A DNA stretch of 26,766 nt from Candidatus Cloacimonadota bacterium (GCA_034661015.1 JAYEKN010000022.1:1-26766), one strand, 5' to 3'; numbered from the stretch's first letter, positions 8,248 to 16,494 are shown. Notes: generated from the sequence alone by a model not told the origin. Numbers and translations: made by a program.

Positions 8248-9612
8248 TCACATGAGCATTATCGTAGCTGTGGTCAGATAAACAAACACGCCGATAATAT
8301 CCGAAGTGGTGGTTACAATGGGACCTGTAGCCACAGCCGGATCAATATTAAATCTATTTAGAATTAGAGGGATAAGCGTCCCTGTGGTGGCAGCAATTAG
8401 CATCGCTATTGTAAGTGAAACGCCAAGTGTAAGCCCAAAATATAAAATTTTATCAAATTGATTATGATAAAATATCAAAGCAAAAACGCCGATCAGAATA
8501 CCATAAACGACTCCCAATATAAGCCCGATAATCACCTGCCCATAAAGGAGTTTTCCTATTTCTTTCACATTAACTCTTCCGGTGGCAAGTCCTCGCACCA
8601 CAATCGTGGAAGATTGTGTTCCTACATTTCCACCCATTCCTGCAACAATTGGCATAAATGCAGCGAGAAGTATGAATTGATTTATCAATTCCTGATGATT
8701 CATTACAATGAGCGAAACTATTAATCCGCCGAAAAAAGTTGCAAATAACCAAGGAAAACGAATACGAGTAGCCTGCAAAGGGGATTTGAGCAGAATTTCT
8801 CTATCTTTTCCTACACCAGCCATTTGGAGAAAATCCTCAGTCGCCTCTTCGCGAATAACATCAATAATATCATCCACAGTTACAATTCCGAGCAGAATCC
8901 CGTCATTATCCACCACCGGCAAAGCGAGAAAATCATATCTGCTGGTGATTCGTGCCACTTCTTCCTGATCCGTCTCCGGCTGAATGCTAATGACCTTTTT
9001 TATCATTATGTCTTTGAGCATTGTTGTGGGAGCCACAGTCAACAAATGGCGTATAGAAAGAACTCCGCGTAATTTATCATCTTCGTCAACAACGTAAATA
9101 TAAAAAAGCATTTCCGCTTTCTTATCTTCTCGAATAACCTTAATCGCATCCTGAACAGTTTGGTCTTCTCGAACCTTGAGAGGCAAGGGAGCCATAATTC
9201 CACCTGCAGATTCGGGTGGATACATCAGCAATTCTTCCAATCCTTCGGATTCTTTATTGTCCATCAAATCCAATACAGCATGCTCCAGTTCTTCGGGAAG
9301 TTGAGCAACAATATCCGCCTGATCGTCCAAAGCCATTTCATTTAACAATGTTACGATTACGGCAGGTTCCAAATTCGATAGAATCTCAATGAATATGTGC
9401 TCATCTAATTCAGTGAGAAATTCTGCTTTATAACGGTGATCATCAATTAATCCAAAAACAGTATCTCTTTCGGCTGGAGTAAAATTCCGGAAAACTCTTG
9501 CCAAGTCAGCCGGATGCGTCTTAACAATTATTTTTTTGAGGTTTGGCACAGCATTCCGCCTGATCAATCTTCGGAATGCATCAAGTAAAACGGAAAATTC
9601 TCTGTCTAACAT
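8248..9612 (-). CDS. mgtE: Magnesium transporter MgtE
   Basis: MgtE-N domain, tandem CBS region and a TM domain with the hallmark GMGGNVGTQSSTIVVRG motif. 454 aa. Confidence 0.9.
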   Translation of the reverse strand: MLDREFSVLLDAFRRLIRRNAVPNLKKIIVKTHPADLARVFRNFTPAERDTVFGLIDDHRYKAEFLTELDEHIFIEILSNLEPAVIVTLLNEMALDDQADIVAQLPEELEHAVLDLMDNKESEGLEELLMYPPESAGGIMAPLPLKVREDQTVQDAIKVIREDKKAEMLFYIYVVDEDDKLRGVLSIRHLLTVAPTTMLKDIMIKKVISIQPETDQEEVARITSRYDFLALPVVDNDGILLGIVTVDDIIDVIREEATEDFLQMAGVGKDREILLKSPLQATRIRFPWLFATFFGGLIVSLIVMNHQELINQFILLAAFMPIVAGMGGNVGTQSSTIVVRGLATGRVNVKEIGKLLYGQVIIGLILGVVYGILIGVFALIFYHNQFDKILYFGLTLGVSLTIAMLIAATTGTLIPLILNRFNIDPAVATGPIVTTTSDIIGVFVYLTTATIMLM

Positions 9613-9799
9613 AATTAGTCCTTAAATAATAAATTTATTTACAATTTTGATTATGTGAAAAATATATTTCAATGGCATTTTTTTAAGTGTTGTGCTTATT
9701 TATTTTCTTTATTGCTCCCCTTTCTATTTTAATCAAATGATTGTCAAGAATCCTTAAAATCTTTTCAAACAAATTATCAAATTAATTCTCGTGAAGCAG

Positions 9800-10005
9800 A
9801 ATTAGTGTCCAGCCGTAAACTCGCATTTTTGCAATGATTCTCCGAATGTGATTCGACGCAGAAAAACACTGATTATGCTGATAAACGCTGATATTACACT
9901 TTTTACAAAAAATTTTTATCTTGCGAAAATTCACTTTTTTTCAGCGTGATGTTGTTTATCACATTCATCTGCGTCGAATCCCTACTTTACGGACAGACTC
10001 TAATT
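9800..10005 (+). repeat. Copy A of the modular structured intergenic repeat family (imperfect terminal inverted repeats AATTAG(A/T)GTC...CCGTAAA plus a long internal stem)
   Basis: Aligns with copy B (15721-15949) over its whole length except for a missing 38-nt hairpin module and an extra small gtgatgttgtttatcac hairpin. The 5' attcgacgcaga pairs with the 3' tctgcgtcgaat. The ends aattagtgtccagccgtaaa and tttacggacagactctaatt are inverted. Confidence 0.8.
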
Positions 10006-10021
10006 AGCGTTATATTTGTGA

Positions 10022-10078
10022 GTTGGAAAATCTTAAGTCAAGTTCAAAAAAACGGAATTTAACTCAAGATTTTCCAAC
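10022..10078 (-). terminator. Long hairpin (17-bp stem with one G-U) downstream of the rlmD stop; possible terminator with a weak U-tract
   Basis: gttggaaaatcttaagt...acttgagattttccaac (reverse complements). It lies 30 nt after the rlmD stop codon. There is no clean T-run on either side, so terminator function is uncertain. Confidence 0.4.
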
Positions 10079-10108
10079 TTCTCGAACGATACTTATTTTC
10101 AAAAAACC

Positions 10109-11521
10109 TTAGTTCTTCACTAGCTTCGTTACAACCTCAATATGAGCAGTATGCGGGAACATATCTACAGGTTGAACCGCATCAATGCGATATTTTCCTT
10201 TTTCGGTAAAAATTTTCAAATCACGTACTTGAGTGGAAGGTTTGCAGGAAACATAAATTATTTCTTTTGGGGCAATTTGAATTATTTCGCGAATAAGCTG
10301 AAAATTTATTCCTGCTCTCGGTGGATCAAGAATCATCAAATCGGGAGATGGAAATTCTTTAATTTTTTCAGTATTTTTCTGAAAATATTTATCCAGATTG
10401 CTTTCGATGAATTCCACATTTTCAATTCCATTCAATTTTGCATTAATTTTTGCATCTTCCACGGCTTGGTGAACAATCTCAAAACCAATAACTTTTTTCA
10501 CAAACGGTGCCAAATAAATGGCGATGCTACCTGCTCCACAAAACAAATCCCACACAATATTGTCTCTTTCCAAGTTAGAAAAATTCTTAATGAGTTCATA
10601 CAATTTCTCAGCCATGTAAGTATTCGTTTGAAAAAATGACTCTGCTGAAATACGAAATCGAAACTTACCTAATTTTTCTTCGATATATTTTTCTCCGAAA
10701 AGCAGATTATATTTCTCGCCCTTTGTAGTTCCAGAAAGCGTGTCTGTTACCGCATTAACAATAGAAGGAAGATTTGGCAAAGATGCTGCCAACTTCTTCA
10801 CAAGCCCATTAAATAACTCCGGTCTATCGTTCTTCGTTATAATATTTATCATTATTTGGTCAGTATTATAACCCTTTCGCAGCATAAGATGACGCAGAAA
10901 ACCCTGATGTGTCTTTTGATTATGAGGTTGCAAATTATTTTCAATTGCGAATTTGCGAACTATTGACATAATTTTTTCGGATTCAAGCGGAGCAATGAAG
11001 CATTTATCAATATCAATAGTTTTCATATAGCTTTTGTTCGGACGCAAGCCGAGTGCAAAATTTTCATCTTTATGCTCATCAATGCCCGGCATCAACCAAC
11101 GGTATGGGGAGAATGAGAATTCCATTTTGTTGCGGTAATGATAAATATTTTCACTTCCGATAATCGGAAGAAAATTGATCTTGCTAAATCCGCCTAAATG
11201 TTGATAAGTGTCCTTTACTTGCTTTTCGAGATAAAACAGTTGCTCATCATAGGGAAGATTTTGGTACACACATCCCCCACAATGTTTGAAATATTTGCAA
11301 CGTGGTTCAATTTCAGTTGGGCTCTTTTGTAAAATCTCTGTTACATTCGCTTCTGCATAAGATATTTTTGCTTTGGTAACAAAAGCTCTCACGGTTTGAC
11401 CCGGAATTCCCCCTTTCACAAAAATACAATACTTGCCGATTCGGGCAATTCCTTTTCCCTCGTATGCAAGATCTACGATTTCCAGATCAACTATTTGTCG
11501 TTTTTTTACAGGTCGGTTCAT
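10109..11521 (-). CDS. rlmD: 23S rRNA (uracil-5-)-methyltransferase RlmD/RumA family
   Basis: N-terminal TRAM domain; Fe-S cysteines C-x5-C-x2-C (CKYFKHCGGC) plus a downstream Cys; SAM MTase motifs DLFCGAGSIAIYLA and ILDPPRAGI. 470 aa. Confidence 0.85.
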   Translation of the reverse strand: MNRPVKKRQIVDLEIVDLAYEGKGIARIGKYCIFVKGGIPGQTVRAFVTKAKISYAEANVTEILQKSPTEIEPRCKYFKHCGGCVYQNLPYDEQLFYLEKQVKDTYQHLGGFSKINFLPIIGSENIYHYRNKMEFSFSPYRWLMPGIDEHKDENFALGLRPNKSYMKTIDIDKCFIAPLESEKIMSIVRKFAIENNLQPHNQKTHQGFLRHLMLRKGYNTDQIMINIITKNDRPELFNGLVKKLAASLPNLPSIVNAVTDTLSGTTKGEKYNLLFGEKYIEEKLGKFRFRISAESFFQTNTYMAEKLYELIKNFSNLERDNIVWDLFCGAGSIAIYLAPFVKKVIGFEIVHQAVEDAKINAKLNGIENVEFIESNLDKYFQKNTEKIKEFPSPDLMILDPPRAGINFQLIREIIQIAPKEIIYVSCKPSTQVRDLKIFTEKGKYRIDAVQPVDMFPHTAHIEVVTKLVKN

Positions 11522-11569
11522 GGCGAATATCTCTTGATTGATTTATCCCAAATTCAAATTGCTTGTAAA

Positions 11570-11605
11570 GCGAAAAATTTAAATCAATCCGCCAGTCGGC
11601 GGATT
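11570..11605 (-). terminator. Rho-independent terminator of the NMO-family gene: 8-bp GC-rich stem aatccgcc/ggcggatt, 4-nt loop, then a U-rich tract on the minus strand
   Basis: On the minus strand the order is stop - aaaacttgagtt - hairpin - gatttaaatttttcgc. Confidence 0.6.
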
Positions 11606-11617
11606 AACTCAAGTTTT

Positions 11618-12745
11618 CTATGCTAAAAGTGGCAATGGAACTTTAATTTCAGAAACTGCTTTATTGAATTCATCCTTCAAACTGTTGAACAACTCCTGAA
11701 CCGAGACAATTTTATCCGTGAGATATGCGTTTGCACCGGCAAAAGCAAATCCGTTTTTCAGTATTCCCTTTTGTGCATTCGTTAGTGCCAGAGCAATGCA
11801 GTAGGGAGAATTTTTGTAATCGCAGGTTTTTAAGCACTTCCAAGGGCAAGTATAGGGCTTTTTTACACCGGCAAAAACATCTTTCAAAAAATCATTTATA
11901 ATTGCTCTACCAGGTAATCCCACCGGACTATTAATGATTCCAATATCTTTTTTTGTACAATCAAGATATGCTTTTTTGAATTCGTAATCCGCATCACACT
12001 CATGAGTTGTTACAAATCTTGTACCCATTTGAATACCATTTGCTCCGAGATGAAGAAATTTTAAAATATCCGCTCCTGTATAAATTCCACCTGCTGCAAT
12101 GAGCGGTATTTTTTTGTTACATTTCATTTCGTAGATTTCAACAATATTTCGAACAGCAGGCAAAATATTTTCAAGAGAGAATTCAGGATTCTCGATTTGA
12201 TCAAGTTTAAAGCCGAGATGCCCACCTGCTTTGGGTCCTTCAATCACAACCACATCCGGTAGATAATTAAATTTTTTATCCCAAATCTTAAATATAATAT
12301 TAGTAGCTCTGGCGGATGAAACTATCACCCCAACTTTTGTTTTCATTTTTTTTAGATAATTAATATTTAATTTTTTAGGAAGTTTCAGGGGAAGACCAGC
12401 CCCAAGAAAAATAATATCAATTTCTTCGTCTAATGCTATTTCAACAATTTCATCAAAATCTGATGCTGCCACCATGATATTCAAACCGAGAATCCCATTT
12501 GTCATTTTTTTAGCTTGTCGAATTTCAGCTCGAAGGGCGTCTTGGTTTGATTTTTTGTAACCACCTTTAAAACCTGATTTCACCAATCCCAAACCAACAG
12601 ATGAAATCACTCCAATCCCACCTTGTTCGGCAACTGCTGCTGCTAAACGAGACAGGGAAATTCCCACACCCATTCCGCCTTGAATAATAGGTTTTTCTGC
12701 AACTAAATTTCCAATCCTTAATTTTGGCATAACTTGTTTGATCAC
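11618..12745 (-). CDS. Nitronate monooxygenase (NMO, 2-nitropropane dioxygenase; FabK-like) family FMN oxidoreductase with a C-terminal Cys cluster
   Basis: GTG start at 12745 lies 7 nt after RBS aaggag. NMO-family glycine-rich FMN-barrel motifs are present (IIQGGMGVGIS, GGIGVISS, IAAGGIYTG). The C-terminus carries C-x3-C-x3-C-x7-C (CPWKCLKTCDYKNSPYC). Confidence 0.65.
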   Translation of the reverse strand: MIKQVMPKLRIGNLVAEKPIIQGGMGVGISLSRLAAAVAEQGGIGVISSVGLGLVKSGFKGGYKKSNQDALRAEIRQAKKMTNGILGLNIMVAASDFDEIVEIALDEEIDIIFLGAGLPLKLPKKLNINYLKKMKTKVGVIVSSARATNIIFKIWDKKFNYLPDVVVIEGPKAGGHLGFKLDQIENPEFSLENILPAVRNIVEIYEMKCNKKIPLIAAGGIYTGADILKFLHLGANGIQMGTRFVTTHECDADYEFKKAYLDCTKKDIGIINSPVGLPGRAIINDFLKDVFAGVKKPYTCPWKCLKTCDYKNSPYCIALALTNAQKGILKNGFAFAGANAYLTDKIVSVQELFNSLKDEFNKAVSEIKVPLPLLA

Positions 12746-12756
12746 AATTTTACTCC

Positions 12757-13146
12757 TTAAATATTTTTTAGATTATCTGGAAAATGTTTTTTCATTAAAG
12801 TGTTCAAGGCATTACTCATAGGGCGAATATACTCAACAGCAAAAATTTTCACCAATTGCTTGCCGGTATTTGTGATGACATAATACTTTCTTTTTGGTCC
12901 CTTTGTGGACTTTCTCCATTCAAAAGTAACAAATTCCTTTTTATTCATTCTTTTTAGAATATGATAAACGGCACTGTCTTGAAACTGAACCTGCTCACCT
13001 GTTAACTCTCCTAATTGTTGTTTTATCTCGTAACCATACATAGAATGCTCTTTTAGCAAGAGCAAAATCATAAATGAAGTGAAACCTTTTTTATATTCTT
13101 TTTTCCACAACAATACGGTTTTTTCCAGATCTTTCCGCAATTTCAT
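12757..13146 (-). CDS. PadR-family transcriptional regulator
   Basis: 129 aa. Winged HTH with GYEIKQQL...SAVYHILKRMNKKEFV...RKYYVITNTGKQ, typical of PadR. Confidence 0.8.
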   Translation of the reverse strand: MKLRKDLEKTVLLWKKEYKKGFTSFMILLLLKEHSMYGYEIKQQLGELTGEQVQFQDSAVYHILKRMNKKEFVTFEWRKSTKGPKRKYYVITNTGKQLVKIFAVEYIRPMSNALNTLMKKHFPDNLKNI

Positions 13147-13161
13147 TCTTACTCCTTACAA

Positions 13162-13184
13162 ACTATAGTTATTTATACTATAGT
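13162..13184. promoter_or_regulatory. Candidate PadR operator: two copies of the palindromic octamer ACTATAGT separated by 7 nt, immediately upstream of the padR RBS
   Basis: actatagt tatttat actatagt lies 16-38 nt upstream of the padR start. A partial third site (ctatagt) is at 13254-13260. Confidence 0.45.
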
Positions 13185-13359
13185 CTGAACAAGGGTTAAT
13201 TATTGTCAATTTTTTCTGAAATAATATTTTTAATAACCGGCACACTTATTCCCCTATAGTAAATATAAAATCGGAGTGAATTGCGATTATCCCTTTATTG
13301 ATGATTATATTTTAAAAATTATGTACTTACAATGAATTATTTGAAGATATGTTTAATAC

Positions 13360-13512
13360 TCAGGGTTTTATTGAGGAAGAAATATATAGCAGTCGCAAAA
13401 AAAGCAAATCATAATGTATATGAAGCAAACTTATGAAAGTAGTACCCAGAAGTATGGAATTGGAAACCCACAACTCATAACTCATAACCCAAAAGTACCA
13501 ACCAACACCCAT
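13360..13512 (-). CDS. Unannotated small hydrophobic ORF (50 aa), putative small membrane protein
   Basis: Reverse-strand GGAGGA is followed 4 nt later by an ATG. Translation: MGVGWYFWVMSYELWVSNSILLGTTFISLLHIHYDLLFLRLLYISSSIKP. It lies between the ABC permease and padR on the same strand and is below the ORF-track size cutoff. Confidence 0.3.
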   Translation of the reverse strand: MGVGWYFWVMSYELWVSNSILLGTTFISLLHIHYDLLFLRLLYISSSIKP

Positions 13513-13562
13513 AAATTCCTCCAAATTGACCTTTCGCAAGGTTTTCAGCTCGCAATACCGGT

Positions 13563-14555
13563 CTAACCTTTCAAGCCGCTTGAAACGAAACTGGAAATAA
13601 TCTGCTTCTGGGCAAATAAGAATAGAATCAAGAGCGGGGCTATTGAGAAAGCGGAAGCAGACATTAGCAAAGCTGTGCTGGATGATGATTCCTGAGCAAA
13701 ATATGAAAGCCCGACCTGAAGCACCCGAATTTTATCACTACTCGTCATTACAAGAGGCCACATAAAACTGTTCCAACTCCCAATGAAAGCAAAAATTGCG
13801 GTAGTGGCTAAAATGGGTTTGGAAATTGGCAGGATAATTCGCCAGAGAATTCCAAATCTGGAACACCCGTCAATCGTGGCAGCATCAAAGAGATCTTGGG
13901 GAACAGTTTTAAACTGTTGCCGAAGTAGAAAAATGCTGAAAATATTCGTAACCCACGGAATTATCAGAGCCCAGTAAGTATTTACCCATCCGATTTTCGT
14001 TAATAAATAATATGAAGGTATCAAATAAATTGGTTGCGGAACCATCATCATGCTGATAAAAAGGTAGAAGATGAAATCTCGGCCCTTAAATCTCATCCTG
14101 GCAAAGGCATAAGCAGCCAAAGAGGAAGTTAGTAGAACTCCGAGAACCACACAGAAAGAAACGAAAATTGTATTAAGAAAATATCTCCCGAATGGGACTT
14201 TATTAAAAGCCTGGGCAAAATTATTAAAATGGAATTTCAATTGTCGCTTGGTGTGGATTTTTGCAGTGGGAACCTTTACAAACGATTCTCGAAAATTTTT
14301 TCTAGTTTTGTCATAAATATTTACGACTGATAGCTCTCCCTCGTCAACAATAATTTCTATATATTCCTTATCACCATTTTCCCTCTCGACATAAGATACT
14401 GTTTCCAGAGGAATAAAACCCGAGCTCCCTTTATTTATTTCTGATTGCGACTTCACTGAGGTTGTTACCATCCAGAGAAATGGAGTAACCATGACTAAAC
14501 CGCAGACGATTAACATCGAATAGGAAAAAGATTTTCCTAAAATTTTTTTGAACAT
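13563..14555 (-). CDS. Carbohydrate-type ABC transporter permease (MalG/CUT1-like)
   Basis: Six TM segments; EAA-loop DAATIDGCSRFGILWRIILPISKP. Confidence 0.8.
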   Translation of the reverse strand: MFKKILGKSFSYSMLIVCGLVMVTPFLWMVTTSVKSQSEINKGSSGFIPLETVSYVERENGDKEYIEIIVDEGELSVVNIYDKTRKNFRESFVKVPTAKIHTKRQLKFHFNNFAQAFNKVPFGRYFLNTIFVSFCVVLGVLLTSSLAAYAFARMRFKGRDFIFYLFISMMMVPQPIYLIPSYYLLTKIGWVNTYWALIIPWVTNIFSIFLLRQQFKTVPQDLFDAATIDGCSRFGILWRIILPISKPILATTAIFAFIGSWNSFMWPLVMTSSDKIRVLQVGLSYFAQESSSSTALLMSASAFSIAPLLILFLFAQKQIISSFVSSGLKG

Positions 14556-14556
14556 A

Positions 14557-15552
14557 TTAATAATGTACTTTCTTTTCTAATCTTTTTTGAAGTAAAGTCA
14601 GACTGAGAATTATGAAAAACAAAACGAGAGCAATTGTGCTCGCATAGCTTAAATCCATAGCCTCCCCTAATCCTGTATCATAAATATAATAAACAATCAC
14701 TTTTGTTGTTCCGAGTGGACCTCCCACCGGTGGACCAGTCATTAAATACACCTGACTAAATACCTGAAAAGTCGTAATCGTAGTCATCAACAGCACATAA
14801 AAAGTTGTGGGGGAAATTAGCGGAACAGTTATTTTAAAAAATTGTTTAAATTTACTTGCTCCATCAATTTCGGCGGCTTCATAATAAATTTCCGGAATAT
14901 TTTGCAATCCGGCGAGGTAAACGATCGTATTGTATCCCATACCTCTCCAAATACAAACGATAATAATTGCGAACAGAGCTAATGATGGTCCTCCAAAAAT
15001 GATGTATAACATACTAAAACTTGCCCCGGTTTGTGTTGCCAATATTTTTAACCAATGGGTCAGATTAATGCCAACCGTACCGAGTAAAAGATCAAAAACA
15101 CCTCTACTCTCCGAAAGCCAACCCAACCCGTGAATTCCAAAAATGGACAGAAAACTATTCATCAAACCGCTTTGAGGTGAAAATATTAACTTCCATACAA
15201 TTGAGATTGCAACAAGTGAAGTAACTGTGGGAATAAAATAAGTAGTTCTAAAAAAGCCAGAAAGTTTTTTGACTTTATTTAAAAGGTTTGCGAAAAATAA
15301 AGAAAGGATAAGTGTAATTGGTACAACAAAAACAGCAAGATAAAATGTGTTTATTAGGGAATGCCAAAATTGGGCATCTTTAAATAATTTTATATAGTTT
15401 TCAAAAGCGATAAATCCTTCAGGTCCCCTGATCGTCCAATTAAAAAAACTTAAAATAAAAGATAAAACTATCGGTATAAATCGAAAAAAAAGGACGATAA
15501 TTGCAGCTGGTAAAATGTAAATAAAGGGTGAAAATTCTTTTTTGCTTTTCAT
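14557..15552 (-). CDS. Carbohydrate-type ABC transporter permease (MalF/UgpA-like)
   Basis: EAA-loop EAAEIDGASKFKQFFKITVPLISP; polytopic. It ends 1 nt before the next permease. Confidence 0.8.
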   Translation of the reverse strand: MKSKKEFSPFIYILPAAIIVLFFRFIPIVLSFILSFFNWTIRGPEGFIAFENYIKLFKDAQFWHSLINTFYLAVFVVPITLILSLFFANLLNKVKKLSGFFRTTYFIPTVTSLVAISIVWKLIFSPQSGLMNSFLSIFGIHGLGWLSESRGVFDLLLGTVGINLTHWLKILATQTGASFSMLYIIFGGPSLALFAIIIVCIWRGMGYNTIVYLAGLQNIPEIYYEAAEIDGASKFKQFFKITVPLISPTTFYVLLMTTITTFQVFSQVYLMTGPPVGGPLGTTKVIVYYIYDTGLGEAMDLSYASTIALVLFFIILSLTLLQKRLEKKVHY

Positions 15553-15576
15553 ATATTTTATGTGTGCTTAAAAAAA

Positions 15577-15650
15577 TGGCTGGGATGGAAGGAATCGAAC
15601 CCTCATCTACGGAACCAGAATCCGCCGTCCTGCCGTTAGACTACATCCCA
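15577..15650 (-). tRNA. tRNA-Gln (anticodon CTG)
   Basis: Minus-strand TGGGATGTAGTCTAACGGCAGGACGGCGGATTCTGGTTCCGTAGATGAGGGTTCGATTCCTTCCATCCCAGCCA. The 7-bp acceptor, TTCGA T-loop and anticodon loop TTCTGGT fold by hand. CCA is encoded. Confidence 0.8.
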
Positions 15651-15720
15651 GTAAAAGATTGTGGCAAATCCTCAAAAGAGAAATTTATAAAAATTCGTGT
15701 AACTCGTTTTAAAATGAATC

Positions 15721-15949
15721 AATTAGTGCCCATCTGTAAACTCGCATTTTTGCAATAATTCTCCGAAGGTAATTCGACGCAGATAAACACTGATTATGCT
15801 GATAAACCCCTGTTGAATATTAAAATACAAAGCATTCAACGGGGCAAGCGCTGATAATACAGTTTTTATAAAAAAATTTTATCTTGCGAAAATCGGTTTT
15901 TTCAGTGTTCATCTGCGTCGAATCCCTAATTTACGGACAGACTCTAATT
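15721..15949 (+). repeat. Copy B of the modular structured intergenic repeat family, lying between the two tRNA-Gln genes
   Basis: The 5' end aattagtgcccatctgtaaa and 3' end tttacggacagactctaatt are inverted. The long stem attcgacgcagataaacactga/tcagtgttcatctgcgtcgaat pairs at 21 of 22 positions. The internal hairpin module is cccctgttgaat...attcaacgggg. The element ends 4 nt from the CCA end of tRNA-Gln(TTG). Confidence 0.8.
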
Positions 15950-15953
15950 AAAA

Positions 15954-16028
15954 TGGCAGGGTCGGTAGGAGTCGAACCTACGAATGCAGAGACCAAAACC
16001 CTGTGCCTTGCCGCTTGGCGACGACCCT
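15954..16028 (-). tRNA. tRNA-Gln (anticodon TTG)
   Basis: Minus-strand AGGGTCGTCGCCAAGCGGCAAGGCACAGGGTTTTGGTCTCTGCATTCGTAGGTTCGACTCCTACCGACCCTGCCA. Perfect acceptor and T stems; anticodon loop TTTTGGT. Confidence 0.75.
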
Positions 16029-16059
16029 GTGCAAAAAAAATGAAATAAATCTGAGATAA

Positions 16060-16151
16060 TGGCGGAGAGACAGGGATTCGAACCCTGGGTGAGGTTCTAT
16101 CCCCACACACGCTTAGCAGGCGCGCACCTTCAGCCACTCGGTCATCTCTCC
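16060..16151 (-). tRNA. tRNA-Ser (anticodon GCT), class II with a long variable arm
   Basis: Minus-strand GGAGAGATGACCGAGTGGCTGAAGGTGCGCGCCTGCTAAGCGTGTGTGGGGATAGAACCTCACCCAGGGTTCGAATCCCTGTCTCTCCGCCA. Anticodon loop CTGCTAA. Confidence 0.8.
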
Positions 16152-16219
16152 CGTAATACATTTTCCCAAAGGGTGAACACACCCGATTTAGAAAAGTGAA
16201 CTGCCTAAAAAATTGCAAA

Positions 16220-16307
16220 TGGCGGAGGAGGTAGGATTCGAACCCACGGATGCTTGCACATCAACGGTTTTCAAGACCGCCGCCTTCAACCACTCGACCA
16301 CTCCTCC
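16220..16307 (-). tRNA. tRNA-Ser (anticodon TGA), class II
   Basis: Minus-strand GGAGGAGTGGTCGAGTGGTTGAAGGCGGCGGTCTTGAAAACCGTTGATGTGCAAGCATCCGTGGGTTCGAATCCTACCTCCTCCGCCA. Anticodon loop CTTGAAA. Confidence 0.8.
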
Positions 16308-16494
16308 GAGAAAATTTAGTTTATCATTTAAAACGTAACACATATCTGGAAATTTTAAAGAACGATTAAAATTAAATACTATTGAAATTGGATATGTAAA
16401 AGTACTTGATTTTCCAAATCAATTTGTGGCAAAAATCCGCACTGTGTTGATTATATGTCAATAAATTTAAAAAAAATCATTAAACTAATTTTTA

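Noticed and set aside
9613-9799. M-box (ykoK) Mg2+ riboswitch in the mgtE leader
   Set aside because: The 190-nt AT-rich leader has none of the conserved M-box helices or G-rich junction sequences I can recognise. Only repeat copy A lies further upstream.
10142-10639. 165-aa plus-strand ORF
   Set aside because: It is entirely antisense to rlmD, low complexity and rich in N/F/I, so it is a shadow ORF. The same applies to the other short antisense ORFs inside mgtE, murA, the C25 peptidase and the mutase.
15528-16218. ORFs 15528-15758 (+, 76 aa) and 15931-16218 (-, 95 aa)
   Set aside because: They overlap the tRNA-Gln and tRNA-Ser genes and the repeat element. The composition is non-coding-like, so these are spurious.
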